A program made the translations under genes and the position numbers. Positions 1 through 10,468 of a stretch of DNA of 64,000 nucleotides are shown in pieces. The DNA comes from Candidatus Latescibacterota bacterium (GTDB taxonomy: Bacteria > Latescibacterota > UBA2968 > UBA8231), in contig CBDAOB010000005.1 in assembly GCA_965197905.1 (NCBI GenBank), positions 32,001 through 96,000 on the forward strand, read 5' to 3'. The notes beneath the pieces are model-generated. The model saw only the letters and a list, made by a program, of their open reading frames with translations, ran no database searches and was not told the DNA's origin. How positions within the stretch are numbered: position 1 is the first letter of the stretch; each line of letters begins with the position of its first letter.

Positions 1-2
1 TC

Positions 3-725
3 AGGGGCAGCGCGGCGCTAGCTGTCCAGGTAGATTCGCTGGCCCCACCCGATGGCCCAGAGTTTGAGGTCTTCCGGTTACATTTTCGTCCCCCCGAGCC
101 TGTGGAGCAGCAATACGGGGGCTTGCGTTTCGCCTTCCACTCGGGCACATCGCAGTCCGTAGTTCTTCCGTTCCTATCGGTGTACCTCAATGGTCGTACC
201 ATCGTGGGGCTAGCGCTCAGTCCAGTGACAACTCCTCTCTCTCGCTTTCTCCTTGATGAGTCAATCCATGAGTGGCAGGTGGTAGAAGTGCCTCTGGATT
301 ACCCGGGGTTAGAAGGACCAATCGAGTCAATCGAAATGACAGGTTGGCTGCAAGGCACCTTCTACCTCGATGAGATAGAGTTGTTACCCCTTCCGCGGGC
401 ACCCTCGGTTACAGCAGTTCAGGAGTCGCGCGAGTCTCCACTACCGTCAGCTTTCAACCTTAAGCAGAACTATCCCAATCCGTTCAACAGGGGTACGGTG
501 ATTCGTTTCGAGCTGCCGGCGGGTGGCGAAACGGAACTGGCTGTCTACAACCTGGTGGGGCAGAAGATCGCCTCGCTGGTGCACGGAGCTCGCGAGGCGG
601 GGCAGTACACCGTGCACTGGGACGGTCGCGATAGCAGCAGGGAGCCCATCGCCAGCGGGGTCTACTTCTATCGGTTGAAGGCGGGTAATCAGGTTGAGAC
701 GCGGAAATTGCTGCTGTTACGCTAG
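3..725 (+). CDS. 3' part of a secreted protein with C-terminal FlgD-Ig/T9SS-like sorting domain (5'-partial)
   Basis: Frame open from nt 3; tail NYPNPFN..IRFELP..YNLVGQ..WDGRD..SGVYFYRL..TRKLLLLR; the preceding domain resembles that at 52100-52620. Confidence 0.8.
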   Translation, partial: RGSAALAVQVDSLAPPDGPEFEVFRLHFRPPEPVEQQYGGLRFAFHSGTSQSVVLPFLSVYLNGRTIVGLALSPVTTPLSRFLLDESIHEWQVVEVPLDYPGLEGPIESIEMTGWLQGTFYLDEIELLPLPRAPSVTAVQESRESPLPSAFNLKQNYPNPFNRGTVIRFELPAGGETELAVYNLVGQKIASLVHGAREAGQYTVHWDGRDSSREPIASGVYFYRLKAGNQVETRKLLLLR

Positions 726-735
726 GATATAACCC

Positions 736-3720
736 ATGGAATCCAAGCTAACCGACAAAAAGAGTCACAGCTTCTCGAGCCGCCCACGTCTCGGCAGTCT
801 ATGCTTCCTGAAACTCTATCTACAACCCAGACTGTGCCGTGTCGGCATCGTGCTGGTCCTGTTGATCGGGTGTTCCTTAGTCGGGTGCGCTGTACCTTCT
901 GCCGAACTATTCGTTGAGGCTCCGCTCCCCTCGGACTCGGAGGAGTTCGGCTTCGCCAAGAAGGCCAAACCCCTGCGCTCCATCGGCAAGGTGAAGGTTC
1001 TCGTAATCTTCGCCAAATTCAAGGACGAAGAGGGCAGTGACCTGGCACCTGACTATGCCGAAAAGCTTCTGGACCCTGACTACGAAGGCAGTTTCGCCCA
1101 TTTCTACCGCACCATGTCTTTTGGACAGCTAGAGGTTGGGGGTGCTGTGCTGCCCAAGCGATATTCCTCGGACCGGCCGCGTTTCGCCTATCTTGCCCGC
1201 CCCTCAGGAGGGTCGGGCCGTTTCGGCGAGTTCGTGCGGGAGATTCTTCACAAAGTTGACGCGGATGTCGATTTGAGCCAGTTCGACAGCGACGGACCGG
1301 ACGATGTCCCCAATTCCGGCGATGACGACGGCCGCGTGGACTACGTCCTGGTCAATGTCCTGTCGGCCCCAGAAGATTTCATAATCAAGGGGGCCACGGG
1401 CATCAGCCAGCTCGGGGGATTCACCCAGGACTACGCTTCAGCGGATACTTCTGTAAGCGGTAAGCCTATGCGCATCAGCTACAAGGACTACCACGGAGCC
1501 ATTCAGGAGGAAGGCAACTTCGCCCAGACGGTGGGGGTCATGGCGCATGAGTTCGGCCACGGGTTGGGTCTGCCCGACCTCTACGACAAGACGGTCCAAC
1601 CGCCGGCTGAAGACAGTGGCGGGATCGGCAAATGGGGGTTGATGGGCCAGGGAGCCCACGGCTGGGGCGGCAACGATGGACCCGTTCCATTCTGCGCCTG
1701 GAGTCTCGAGCAACTGGGCTGGATTGGTCGTGAAAACGAACGACTGGTTGAGGTTTCAGAGGACCAGGCTGGTCTGGCTATAACCGACCTGTACCGGCCA
1801 GGCCATATCTACAAGATCATTCTGCGAAACCACTTTACTGATCCCGATGGGTACTATCCGTCCTTTACCCAGGAGTATCTGCTCCTTGAGCACCGGGTCC
1901 GTAGCGGCCACTACTACGATCGCAATCTGCCCGCCGAGGGGTTGCTGGTCTGGCACGTCCGCGCGGCCGGCGAGAGCAACAATGATGAAACGAACAAGAA
2001 GGTAGATCTGGTCTGTGCCGACGGACTCTACACGGACGCCGGTTATCCGCTGGGAGGCAACGCCGACCCACACAGTGGCCGCGACAACCTCGATTTCTTG
2101 GGCCCACGGTGACAAGTATGAAGGCGATCGTGGGGGCAATCTCGGCGATTCCACCGACCCGTTCGACGGTGTCCGTTATACCAGCCTCGATCTTCGCTCG
2201 AATCCTTCTATCAATATCGGGGGCTTCCTATCCGCAGCCAGCACCGGCCCGGCCGTGACGCATATGCACCGTGAGGGGAACGCCATGGTTGTCGACATCG
2301 CCCTACCACGCTGGGCCGGGACCCTCACCGAGGAGGTCCATTGGGTAGGCGATATTCTGATCGACGGGAATCTGACCGTTGCTCCGGGAGGAAAGTTAAC
2401 CATCTACTCTCAAACACGGGTGCGCATAGCCGGCAGCGATCCGCTTGAAAGCCGGCGAGACCCCAGGCGATGCGAGCTGTACGTCGAAGGAGATTTGGAG
2501 ATTCACACCGGCAAGTTTCAACGCATATACGTCGAGGGCGCCACGCCCCAAACCAAGAATGAAATGTTTAAACCCCAACCTGTGGTCTTCGAGGCCATCG
2601 TGCCCGGCGATACCTGGTACGGCATTTTCTCCGCCGAGTCAGGCCAGGTCGACGCGCCGGACGGGAGTTTCGAACTCCGCGATACGGAGTATGGTTTTCT
2701 GGACTACAGCGATTTGTCCGACGTGGCCACCGTTATCGATGAAACACCCGTCGAAGGGTCGGCGACACCGTTCGCGCTGCTGCCAAACTACCCCAATCCC
2801 TTCGACCAGAGCACCACCATCCCCTACACCCTTGCCGCCACGGCGCCGGTGCGCCTGGTCGTCTACAACAGCTTGGGTCAAAAGGTGCGCACCCTGGTTG
2901 ACGACGATCAGTCAGCAGGGCGGCAGGACGTGGTGTGGAACGGGCAGGATGAGAGCGGCCAGCCGGTGGCCTGTATCTGTATCGCCTGGAAATCCCCGAG
3001 CACTATTCGGCCAACGGCAAGATGATGCTCCTGGGTTCGGGACTGGCGCAGCTTTCCAACCTCGACTCGACCCTGCAGTCTCACGGACAAGATTGGTCGC
3101 TGGTGGCCACCGAACTGACCAAGGGGCCAGCTCCCGCCTTCGGATTTGTCGCTGAACCCTCGCTGGCTCAAGCCGCTTTTACCGCCGGCGCGCTGTGGAT
3201 CAAACTACACGTGTTGCAGCAATACGGCGGGGATACGGAGGGCGCACAAAACCAGGCGCAGCACCTGAGCGAGCTGCTGCACCACTTCGACCCGAGCTCA
3301 GCGCAGCGCCAGATTTTCGAAGCCCTTGTCCAACAACTGGGGCCCGACGCCAAATCCCGTTCGCAGTTCGCCGATCGTTTCGACCGCGCGCACGTGACCC
3401 TCGCCCAGCTCGTCCAGGGTCACGGCGAGGAGGCCGCCAACTATTTCTATCTGGGTAAGTGGCTGCAGACCCTCAAAGCGGCTGCCCTAACTGTGCGGAC
3501 CTCGGGTTCGCCGTTGTCGACCGTTACAGACTTATCCGCGCACACGGCCACCGGCCGCCACCTGGACGAATCTCTGCGCACACTAGCTGCGGATGAAGGG
3601 CTGTTGACCGGGCTGAGCCGGCTGACGGCCCTCTTGGAATCGAACCCCGCAGGCCGACGAGAAGTCCGCGAATTGCTCAATATCATCGAAGGAATGGCGG
3701 AGCCTTTAACCATCCGCTAA
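736..3720 (+). CDS. M6 family (immune inhibitor A-like) metalloprotease with internal FlgD-Ig domain and C-terminal helical extension; split by two frameshifts (~2097, ~2968)
   Basis: HEFGHGLGLPDLY zinc motif, WGLMG, YLLLEHR and GLLVWH motifs; removing one T at ~2097 gives DFWAHGD joining ORF 2015-3025; GQPVA continues as LYLYRLEIPEHYSANGK in the frame of ORF 3022-3720. Confidence 0.75.
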
Positions 3721-3725
3721 CAGAC

Positions 3726-6719
3726 ATGTCCAGATACCTTGTCCTCGCTGTATCCACCCTGCTTCTGTGTGCCGATGCACCAGCACGCGCGCAACAGAGT
3801 CTGCCTCGAAGCCACCCCAAATACAAAACCGCCAGGAAAGTCTTCGACGACCTCGTCCGTGCTATCGGCGACGGCCGCACTAGTCCCGAGCTGCGCCTAC
3901 AGCCCAACAATGTCAGCAGCAGCATGCAGGTGGCGTGGTTCACGCCCAAGAAGAACACCCTGGCGCTCGAAGAGCGGGTCTACGACCTGTGCGTTGCCCT
4001 CGGTCCGGACTCACTGAACGCCCTGGCGACTCTCTTGGGCCACGAGCTGGCGCATTACTACAAGGATCACGGCTGGGTCGGCGATTTTGGTAACGGCTTT
4101 GCCGATCTACCGGTGGGCCAGCGGCTCAAGGCGTTGAGGCGCCAGGAAAGCAAGATGATCGAGATCGAAACCGAGGCCGACTACTTCGGCGGATTCTTCG
4201 GACATGTGGCCGGCTATAACACCTTGGAAGTAACGCCGCACCTTCTCCAAGAGATCTACCTCGAATACGGCCTGGATGACGACATGCCGGGCTATCCGTC
4301 CCTGCCCGAGCGCCAGGAAATTGCCCGGCGCTCCGCAGCCCAAGTGCAGCAGTTGATCCCGGTCTTCGAAGCCGGAAAGAACCTTTTGCTCCTCGCCAAG
4401 TACGAGGAAGGAGCCCGTTGTTTCGATTACATCGCCCGCACCTTTCCCAGCCGCGAGATCCTCAACAACGCGGGCGTCGCCCGCGCCCTAGAGGCCATCG
4501 ACCTGCTCGACGCGGGTCAACGAAGCTTCGCTTATCCCTTTGAACTGGACGCCGAAACCCGGTTGCGCCACGCCGGCAAGACGCAAAGAAGTGGGTTTGG
4601 CGAAAGTCGTCGAGCGCAGCGCGAAAGGCTGCTCAAGGAGGCGGTAGAGTCCTTCGAAAATGCGCGCAAGAAGGATCCCGACTACGCCACCGCATACGTG
4701 AACCTTGCCTGCGCTACCGACCTGCAAGGCGACTTCGATTCGGCGGCCTTCTACGCTGCAAAAGCTATTGAGATAGCCGGCAAGAACGGCGAAACAGACT
4801 CCCGAGCCCACGCGCTGATCGCACGGGGCATTGTCACAGCTCACGCCAATCTCCGGAATGAGGACGCTGCACGGAAGGACTTCGTCGATGCGAAAGCCGG
4901 CAACCCGACGCTGGCCTTATTGAATCTAGCCGTCCTTGAGGGGGCCGACGTTGCCGGAGCAACCGCCGGTGGCAGAGAAAAAAAGTCAGGTCCAATCGAA
5001 GAGAGCGTCGGAGCCGCCAGCCGCGTCTACGAGCGCATTATCTCGGCGCCTGATGCCAGAGCCGAGTTGCCGCAAAGCGCCGAAACCCAACCTGCCATGC
5101 TCATTTTCGCCAGGGAACTTGGAGACCGAGATGGCCTGGTGATCGACACCGGTCACAGCGAGATCACTTTGGTGGAGACCGGGAGCAATTACGACGGCCT
5201 CAGCGCACGGGGCATCAAAATTGGCAGCGACCTCGAACAGGTACACCATGCCTACGGCCATCCCACACGACTGGTATCAAGTCGTCAAGGAGCATTTCAC
5301 CTCTACGAGCACGCTCAGATCGTCTTCCAGACCAGCGCTGCCGATCGCGTGCGCGGGTGGATGCACTACGACATCGAAGAGGATTTCTACGATGTGCCAG
5401 ACGACCGGGAGACAGACGAAATGCAGACCGAACAGCGGGTCGCCCTGGTGATCGGCAATGGGGCCTATGGCGATGTTCCGTTGAAGAATCCGGTCAACGA
5501 TGCCCAGGCAGTCGCTCAAGCCCTCGAGTACTGCGGCTTTGAGGTGTCACGAAAGATCAACGCCGACCGCAAGGAGATGCGCCAGGCCATCCGCGACTTC
5601 GGCAACCAGCTCAAGAAAGGTGGAGTGGGCCTGTTCTACTATGCCGGCCACGGCCTTCAGGTCGACGGTTTGAACTACCTGGCGCCCGTAGGAGTAGACG
5701 TAGCCCATGAGGACGAAGTGGAGGACGAATGCATCCTTGTATCGTCGGTCATGCGCAAGATGGAAAGCGCCAGCAACCGCGTGAACATTGTCATCCTGGA
5801 CGCCTGCCGCAACAATCCGTTTGCGCGCAGCTTCCGCTCGCAGGGGCGCGGCCTGGCCGGAATGGATGCCGCCACCGGCTCGCTGGTAGCGTATGCGACC
5901 GCGCCTGGCAGGGTGGCAGCGGACGGCGACGGCACGAACGGCCTCTACACCTCGAGGTTACTCAAATACCTGCAGGTACCAGGTCTCAGTATTGAGCAGG
6001 TTTTCAAAAACGTGCGCCGTGACGTAAAGACAGCCAGCGCCGAAAAACAGGTCCCCTGGGAATCTTCCTCTTTGACCGGCGACTTCTATTTCGTATTGCC
6101 GCCAACCGAAGGACGAGAGAACGCAGGTGCTGGTCACGGGTACGCAGCGTCATCGCCCCCACCGGCTGTCATCTTCGGACACCTGCAGGTGAACGCGAGT
6201 GTGCCCGAATCCAGGGTGTACATCGACGGAACCCTTCGGGGCAATGCGGGCCCCGGCGATCCGCTGAACCTCGAGAACCTGGCCGTGGGCGAGATCGAGG
6301 TACGGGTGGAAGCTTTGGGTTACCAAAGCGCCACACAGGAGCACTCGCTGACCGCCGGACAATGGACACAGGCGGTATTTTCACTTCCGCCGGTGCTGCC
6401 GTCCGCTACATCATCGCAACCATCGGTTTCTGGTCCCGACTCAGCACCAGAGTCCATTGCCCGCCGCACAGCATCACCGCATGAAGAGATGGTATACGTC
6501 TCAGACTTCGCCTTTTACATCGACACCTATGAGGTGACGAATGCGGCCTTCGCCGCATTTCTCAATGCCCGCGGAAACCAGATTGAAGGCGAGGTTACCT
6601 GGTTGGATATGAGTGACCCAGATGCGCGCATTGAGAGACGAGGAGGTCGGTATTTGCCTGTGCCCGGCCATGAGGACCATCCCGTAGTCGAGGTGTCGTG
6701 GTTCGGGGCGCAGCGTTAG
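3726..6719 (+). CDS. Secreted multidomain protein: M48-like HExxH peptidase, TPR, caspase-like (C14) domain, PEGA domain, truncated FGE/SUMF1 domain
   Basis: Signal peptide ending APARA; LGHELAH and ETEADYFGG; ALVIGNGAY, LKNPVNDA, FYYAGHG and ILDACRNNPF; VYIDG PEGA; FYIDTYEVTN..HPVVEVSW. Confidence 0.85.
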   Translation: MSRYLVLAVSTLLLCADAPARAQQSLPRSHPKYKTARKVFDDLVRAIGDGRTSPELRLQPNNVSSSMQVAWFTPKKNTLALEERVYDLCVALGPDSLNALATLLGHELAHYYKDHGWVGDFGNGFADLPVGQRLKALRRQESKMIEIETEADYFGGFFGHVAGYNTLEVTPHLLQEIYLEYGLDDDMPGYPSLPERQEIARRSAAQVQQLIPVFEAGKNLLLLAKYEEGARCFDYIARTFPSREILNNAGVARALEAIDLLDAGQRSFAYPFELDAETRLRHAGKTQRSGFGESRRAQRERLLKEAVESFENARKKDPDYATAYVNLACATDLQGDFDSAAFYAAKAIEIAGKNGETDSRAHALIARGIVTAHANLRNEDAARKDFVDAKAGNPTLALLNLAVLEGADVAGATAGGREKKSGPIEESVGAASRVYERIISAPDARAELPQSAETQPAMLIFARELGDRDGLVIDTGHSEITLVETGSNYDGLSARGIKIGSDLEQVHHAYGHPTRLVSSRQGAFHLYEHAQIVFQTSAADRVRGWMHYDIEEDFYDVPDDRETDEMQTEQRVALVIGNGAYGDVPLKNPVNDAQAVAQALEYCGFEVSRKINADRKEMRQAIRDFGNQLKKGGVGLFYYAGHGLQVDGLNYLAPVGVDVAHEDEVEDECILVSSVMRKMESASNRVNIVILDACRNNPFARSFRSQGRGLAGMDAATGSLVAYATAPGRVAADGDGTNGLYTSRLLKYLQVPGLSIEQVFKNVRRDVKTASAEKQVPWESSSLTGDFYFVLPPTEGRENAGAGHGYAASSPPPAVIFGHLQVNASVPESRVYIDGTLRGNAGPGDPLNLENLAVGEIEVRVEALGYQSATQEHSLTAGQWTQAVFSLPPVLPSATSSQPSVSGPDSAPESIARRTASPHEEMVYVSDFAFYIDTYEVTNAAFAAFLNARGNQIEGEVTWLDMSDPDARIERRGGRYLPVPGHEDHPVVEVSWFGAQR

Positions 6720-6773
6720 TTGCATACGGCCACCTGTTGGTGGCGCCGACTAGATGGTGAGGGATCTACACGA

Positions 6774-7163
6774 TTAGATCTTGATAGCAGCCACGATGAT
6801 TCCGGCCAGCGCGATCATGGTCGTCATGAGCCATGTGAAGCGAGAGTCCATGCGCCGATTCGTTTCGTCGAAGCGCTCATTCATTGAGCGGTTTGTATCG
6901 TCAATGCGCTCACTGAGCGAACGGCTTGTTTCATCGATGCGCTCACCCAGTGAACGATTCGTCTCATCGATACGTTCAACTAGCGAACGATTTGTTTCGT
7001 CGATACGGTCGCCGAGAGAGCGATTACTGTCGTCGATGCGTCCGTGGACGCCGCGAATGTCCAGGCGCAGATCTTGGATGTCTTCACGCAAATAGGAAAT
7101 GCCCCACCGAAAGTCTTCGGGGGGCTGCGAAGGCGTCATACTGGGTTCGGGTGTGTCGGCCAT
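6774..7163 (-). CDS. Membrane-anchored coiled-coil protein with 11-residue repeats (DUF1640/CCDC90-like)
   Basis: Tandem RIDETNRSLxE repeats followed by a C-terminal hydrophobic helix; AGGAG RBS upstream. Confidence 0.75.
   Translation of the reverse strand: MADTPEPSMTPSQPPEDFRWGISYLREDIQDLRLDIRGVHGRIDDSNRSLGDRIDETNRSLVERIDETNRSLGERIDETSRSLSERIDDTNRSMNERFDETNRRMDSRFTWLMTTMIALAGIIVAAIKI
6850..7045 (-). repeat. About six imperfect 33-bp coding tandem repeats
   Basis: RIDDSNRSLGD/RIDETNRSLVE/RIDETNRSLGE/RIDETSRSLSE/RIDDTNRSMNE/RFDETNRRMDS. Confidence 0.85.
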
Positions 7164-7353
7164 ACTCTGCTCCTCCTAGGAATATACGAACGTCCCGCTG
7201 AAACCCCAACGTTCGCGGAGTGGAGCATGAAGTATGCCAACTGTTTCTGCTCGGAATAGCCCGAGGAAAACGCGTTTTGCGGTGTCGAGAACTACCCGAT
7301 CGTGAGTAGTTTGCGCTTCGCCAACTATCGGACCATCAGTCGAGGAAGGGAAA

Positions 7354-8250
7354 CTAGCCGGGCTCGACGTGCGCGCCGCTCAGCACCTCCTGATACCCGT
7401 AATACGGTGCCAGCTCGTTGCGCATCTTGTCTTCGATCCAGGCCACATCCTCAGCGCTCAGATAATCGCCGTAACCACCTACCTTTCCCTTCCTCACCTT
7501 GAACGATTCCTGGTCGCTCCGGTCGCCGGGTTTCATGTAGTGCGGATGGGCGAAAGAACCCTGCGACTCCATGGAGCGCATCTTATTGAAGCTGGCGAAC
7601 TCCACCGCCTCTTCGATGACCTGGGCCGACACGTCGGTCAGGCCTAGAAACGACAACAGCTGCTCCAACGCCTCACACGGTTGCTGGTGGATCTCCTCGT
7701 ATTTCATCAACAGAAGTCTCTGAGGCACGTGTCTGTTCTCCGCCCAGATGTTATAGAACCGGACGAAATGCCTCACGCCGCCGATCTCGCTGTGCAAGAA
7801 TTCGGTGATGCCGCCGTCGAAACCTCCGACCGCCCACTTCGGGTAGAACCGTTTGGTGCGCCGGGTTTCGTGGAAGTAATAGGACACCGCCACATCCCGC
7901 AGGTCGCGAATCAGCAGGATTACCTTGGTTCCAGCGTAACGCGATTTGTCCGCGGTGATCTTTGCCACCGGGCTTCGGTTCGGCCGGCTATCGTGCGTAA
8001 AAGACACCAACGGCATGGAGGACATCCGCTTCACCCCTTCGGGATACAGGAGGCGGGTGCCATCCGGTTTCTCGTCTTCGATGCCGGCGTGACGGTAGAG
8101 GGCTCGCCCCAGCATCACCCGTAGCCAGGTGCGGCCGCATTTGGGGAAAGAGACCAAATAGGCATCTGGCTCGCGCTTGCCAGCCAGTTTTCGGTAGGTT
8201 TTTCGAAGGAATTGAGAGATTTCCGCCGGCTCTCTATGGAAACTGTCCAC
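7354..8250 (-). CDS. PAPS-dependent sulfotransferase (Sulfotransfer_1-like)
   Basis: 5'-PSB motif SFPKCGRTWL, 3'-PB motif RDLRDVAVSYY, C-terminal RKGKVGGY. Confidence 0.9.
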   Translation of the reverse strand: MDSFHREPAEISQFLRKTYRKLAGKREPDAYLVSFPKCGRTWLRVMLGRALYRHAGIEDEKPDGTRLLYPEGVKRMSSMPLVSFTHDSRPNRSPVAKITADKSRYAGTKVILLIRDLRDVAVSYYFHETRRTKRFYPKWAVGGFDGGITEFLHSEIGGVRHFVRFYNIWAENRHVPQRLLLMKYEEIHQQPCEALEQLLSFLGLTDVSAQVIEEAVEFASFNKMRSMESQGSFAHPHYMKPGDRSDQESFKVRKGKVGGYGDYLSAEDVAWIEDKMRNELAPYYGYQEVLSGAHVEPG

Positions 8251-8323
8251 CTATTTGCTTTCAATTATAACGTCGGTTGGAGCAAAAGAGTAGCCTCCTC
8301 CCGATCCGCATGGAACCAATCAG

Positions 8324-9379
8324 ATGGGATCTCTCAACACGCCTCATATAATGAATAGGCGCAGGCAGCGGAGTAGGAGGTCGATTTGTCGCTCTCTGTA
8401 TCGTCTTTCAATCGCCTCGCTGCTTCTGACCGTCGTCGGCTGCGCTACTGCTCCACCCGGCCAAAGCACTGGACTGGAAAGTTTTAGCTTTGCGCTTATG
8501 GCCGATATGCCGTACTCGCTGGAGCAAGACTCCGAATTCTCGCGCTTGACCGACAACATAAACGCCGATAAAGATCTGCGCTGGGTCGTCCACCTGGGAG
8601 ATTTCAAGGGGGGATCCGCTCCATGCACGGATAGCGTGCTCGTGCACCGACTGGACCTGTTTCAGAAATTCGAGCATCCCTTCATATTCGTACCTGGAGA
8701 CAACGACTGGACCGACTGCCACCGCACCGGTTCCGATCCGCTGGAACGACTGATCATGATGCGTTCCGTTTTCTTCCCGGAACCCGGTCGTACGCTGGGA
8801 AGGCAGACGATGCCGGTAGTCACGCAGGCCGCCAACCCGATGTTTACGGAGTTCCCCGAGCACGTTCGTTGGAAGAAGAACGGAGTGACGTTCGCTGCCT
8901 TGCACATCGTGGGAAGTTTTAACGCCGGCTGGACTTTCGAGCGCCGAACTGAAGCGCACGACGACGAGGTAGCGCGCCGCACCAACGCCGCCATCGCCTG
9001 GATGCAGCAGAGTTTCGAGTCAGCGATCGCCGACAAGTCGGCCGGCCTGTTCCTGATGATCCACGGCAATCCCCGGTTCGAAGCGATCCCCACCGACACC
9101 TTATCCCAACAAGCGTACGGGGGGTTCGTCGGGGCCTTGGAACGCGAGGTCATCCGCTTCAACAAGCCGGTTATCCTGGCACATGGCGATTCCCACTACT
9201 TCCGTATCGACAAACCATTGCGAAACTCGGCCACCGGCCGCAGGTTAATGCGGTTCACTAGGGTGGAACCGTTTGGGGCCCCGGATATGCATTGGCTGCG
9301 GATCATCGTCGATCCGGTAGATGATCAGGTGTTCTCCATCCACCCGGAAATCGTTCCCGAGCATCTTTACGATCCGTAA
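8324..9379 (+). CDS. Calcineurin-like metallophosphoesterase, probable lipoprotein (start uncertain)
   Basis: DMPY, HLGDFK, PGDNDW, HGDSH motifs; LLLTVVGC lipobox-like sequence. Confidence 0.8.
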   Translation: MGSLNTPHIMNRRRQRSRRSICRSLYRLSIASLLLTVVGCATAPPGQSTGLESFSFALMADMPYSLEQDSEFSRLTDNINADKDLRWVVHLGDFKGGSAPCTDSVLVHRLDLFQKFEHPFIFVPGDNDWTDCHRTGSDPLERLIMMRSVFFPEPGRTLGRQTMPVVTQAANPMFTEFPEHVRWKKNGVTFAALHIVGSFNAGWTFERRTEAHDDEVARRTNAAIAWMQQSFESAIADKSAGLFLMIHGNPRFEAIPTDTLSQQAYGGFVGALEREVIRFNKPVILAHGDSHYFRIDKPLRNSATGRRLMRFTRVEPFGAPDMHWLRIIVDPVDDQVFSIHPEIVPEHLYDP

Positions 9380-9480
9380 CCGAGCGACCGTAGATTCGCA
9401 TTTTGGCGGGCACGACACGGCGGTTGTAAAGGCACAGCAATCGAATCTCACCCCCCTCACGACTTCTCAAAGGATCTGAT

Positions 9481-10446
9481 ATGACCATCGATTCTCCGAA
9501 TCCCCAGGTAAGTCCCTACGACCTGAGCGACGATGACGGCTACATGTGGCTCAAGGGCAACCTGCATTCCCACACCACCAACTCCGACGGCAAGCCGTCG
9601 CCGCAGGAACGGCTGGACGGCTACGTAAACCACGGGTACGACTTCCTGTGCCTTTCGGATCACTACAAGATCACCCGCACCGATACGGTGAAAGCGCCGA
9701 AGGAATTTGTCCTGATCCAGGGGGCTGAACTGCATCCCCACAATCCGTTCGGAGGCAGTACCCACCATTTCGTCTGTCTCAATATCCACGAGGACATGGA
9801 CACGCCGAAGATGCCGCCGCAGCATGTCATCGATGGGGTCAACGATCAGGGAGGCAGCATCTGGCTTGCTCACCCTCACTGGAGCTCGGTGAATATTCTG
9901 CGGGATACGATACCTCTTCATGGATTGGCGGGCATCGAGGTATTCAATACAACCTGTCGCGCCAAAGCCCGTGGTGAGTCGGGGGTGCACTGGGACGACT
10001 GGATGGAGCAGGAGGATCGAATCTATCCTGCTCTCGCAAACGACGATGCCCACGCGCTGGAGTCTGAGAACCATGACACCTACCAGGGGTGGACCATGGT
10101 GCGGGTCAAGGAGCGCAGTGCGACCGCGGTTACCGCCGCGCTCACCAGCGGTACCTCCTATTCCACCAACGGTCCCGAGATTCACGATATCAGCCTGCGC
10201 AGGGTCGATGAGGAGGGAGACGAACGCCAGCTGGTGGAAGCAACGGTGAAATCGTCGGAGGCCCTCCGAGTCTTTGGCGTTTGCAACCAGGTCGGCGAGG
10301 AGTATTACGACGGCGGACGCACCTTCGAAACCGCAACCTTTACGTTGCGTGCCAACTCGCGCTGGGTCCGTTTCGAGGTCCACGGCCCGGACGGGACCAA
10401 AGCCTGGTCGAATCCGTTCGACTTGACCGAGATGGAGCGGAACTAG
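9481..10446 (+). CDS. PHP-domain (CehA/McbA-like) metallohydrolase
   Basis: GNLHSHTTNSDG, LSDH, AHP, IEVFN, NDDAH motifs. Confidence 0.85.
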   Translation: MTIDSPNPQVSPYDLSDDDGYMWLKGNLHSHTTNSDGKPSPQERLDGYVNHGYDFLCLSDHYKITRTDTVKAPKEFVLIQGAELHPHNPFGGSTHHFVCLNIHEDMDTPKMPPQHVIDGVNDQGGSIWLAHPHWSSVNILRDTIPLHGLAGIEVFNTTCRAKARGESGVHWDDWMEQEDRIYPALANDDAHALESENHDTYQGWTMVRVKERSATAVTAALTSGTSYSTNGPEIHDISLRRVDEEGDERQLVEATVKSSEALRVFGVCNQVGEEYYDGGRTFETATFTLRANSRWVRFEVHGPDGTKAWSNPFDLTEMERN

Positions 10447-10468
10447 CCTGCTACTAGAAAGGATTTCA

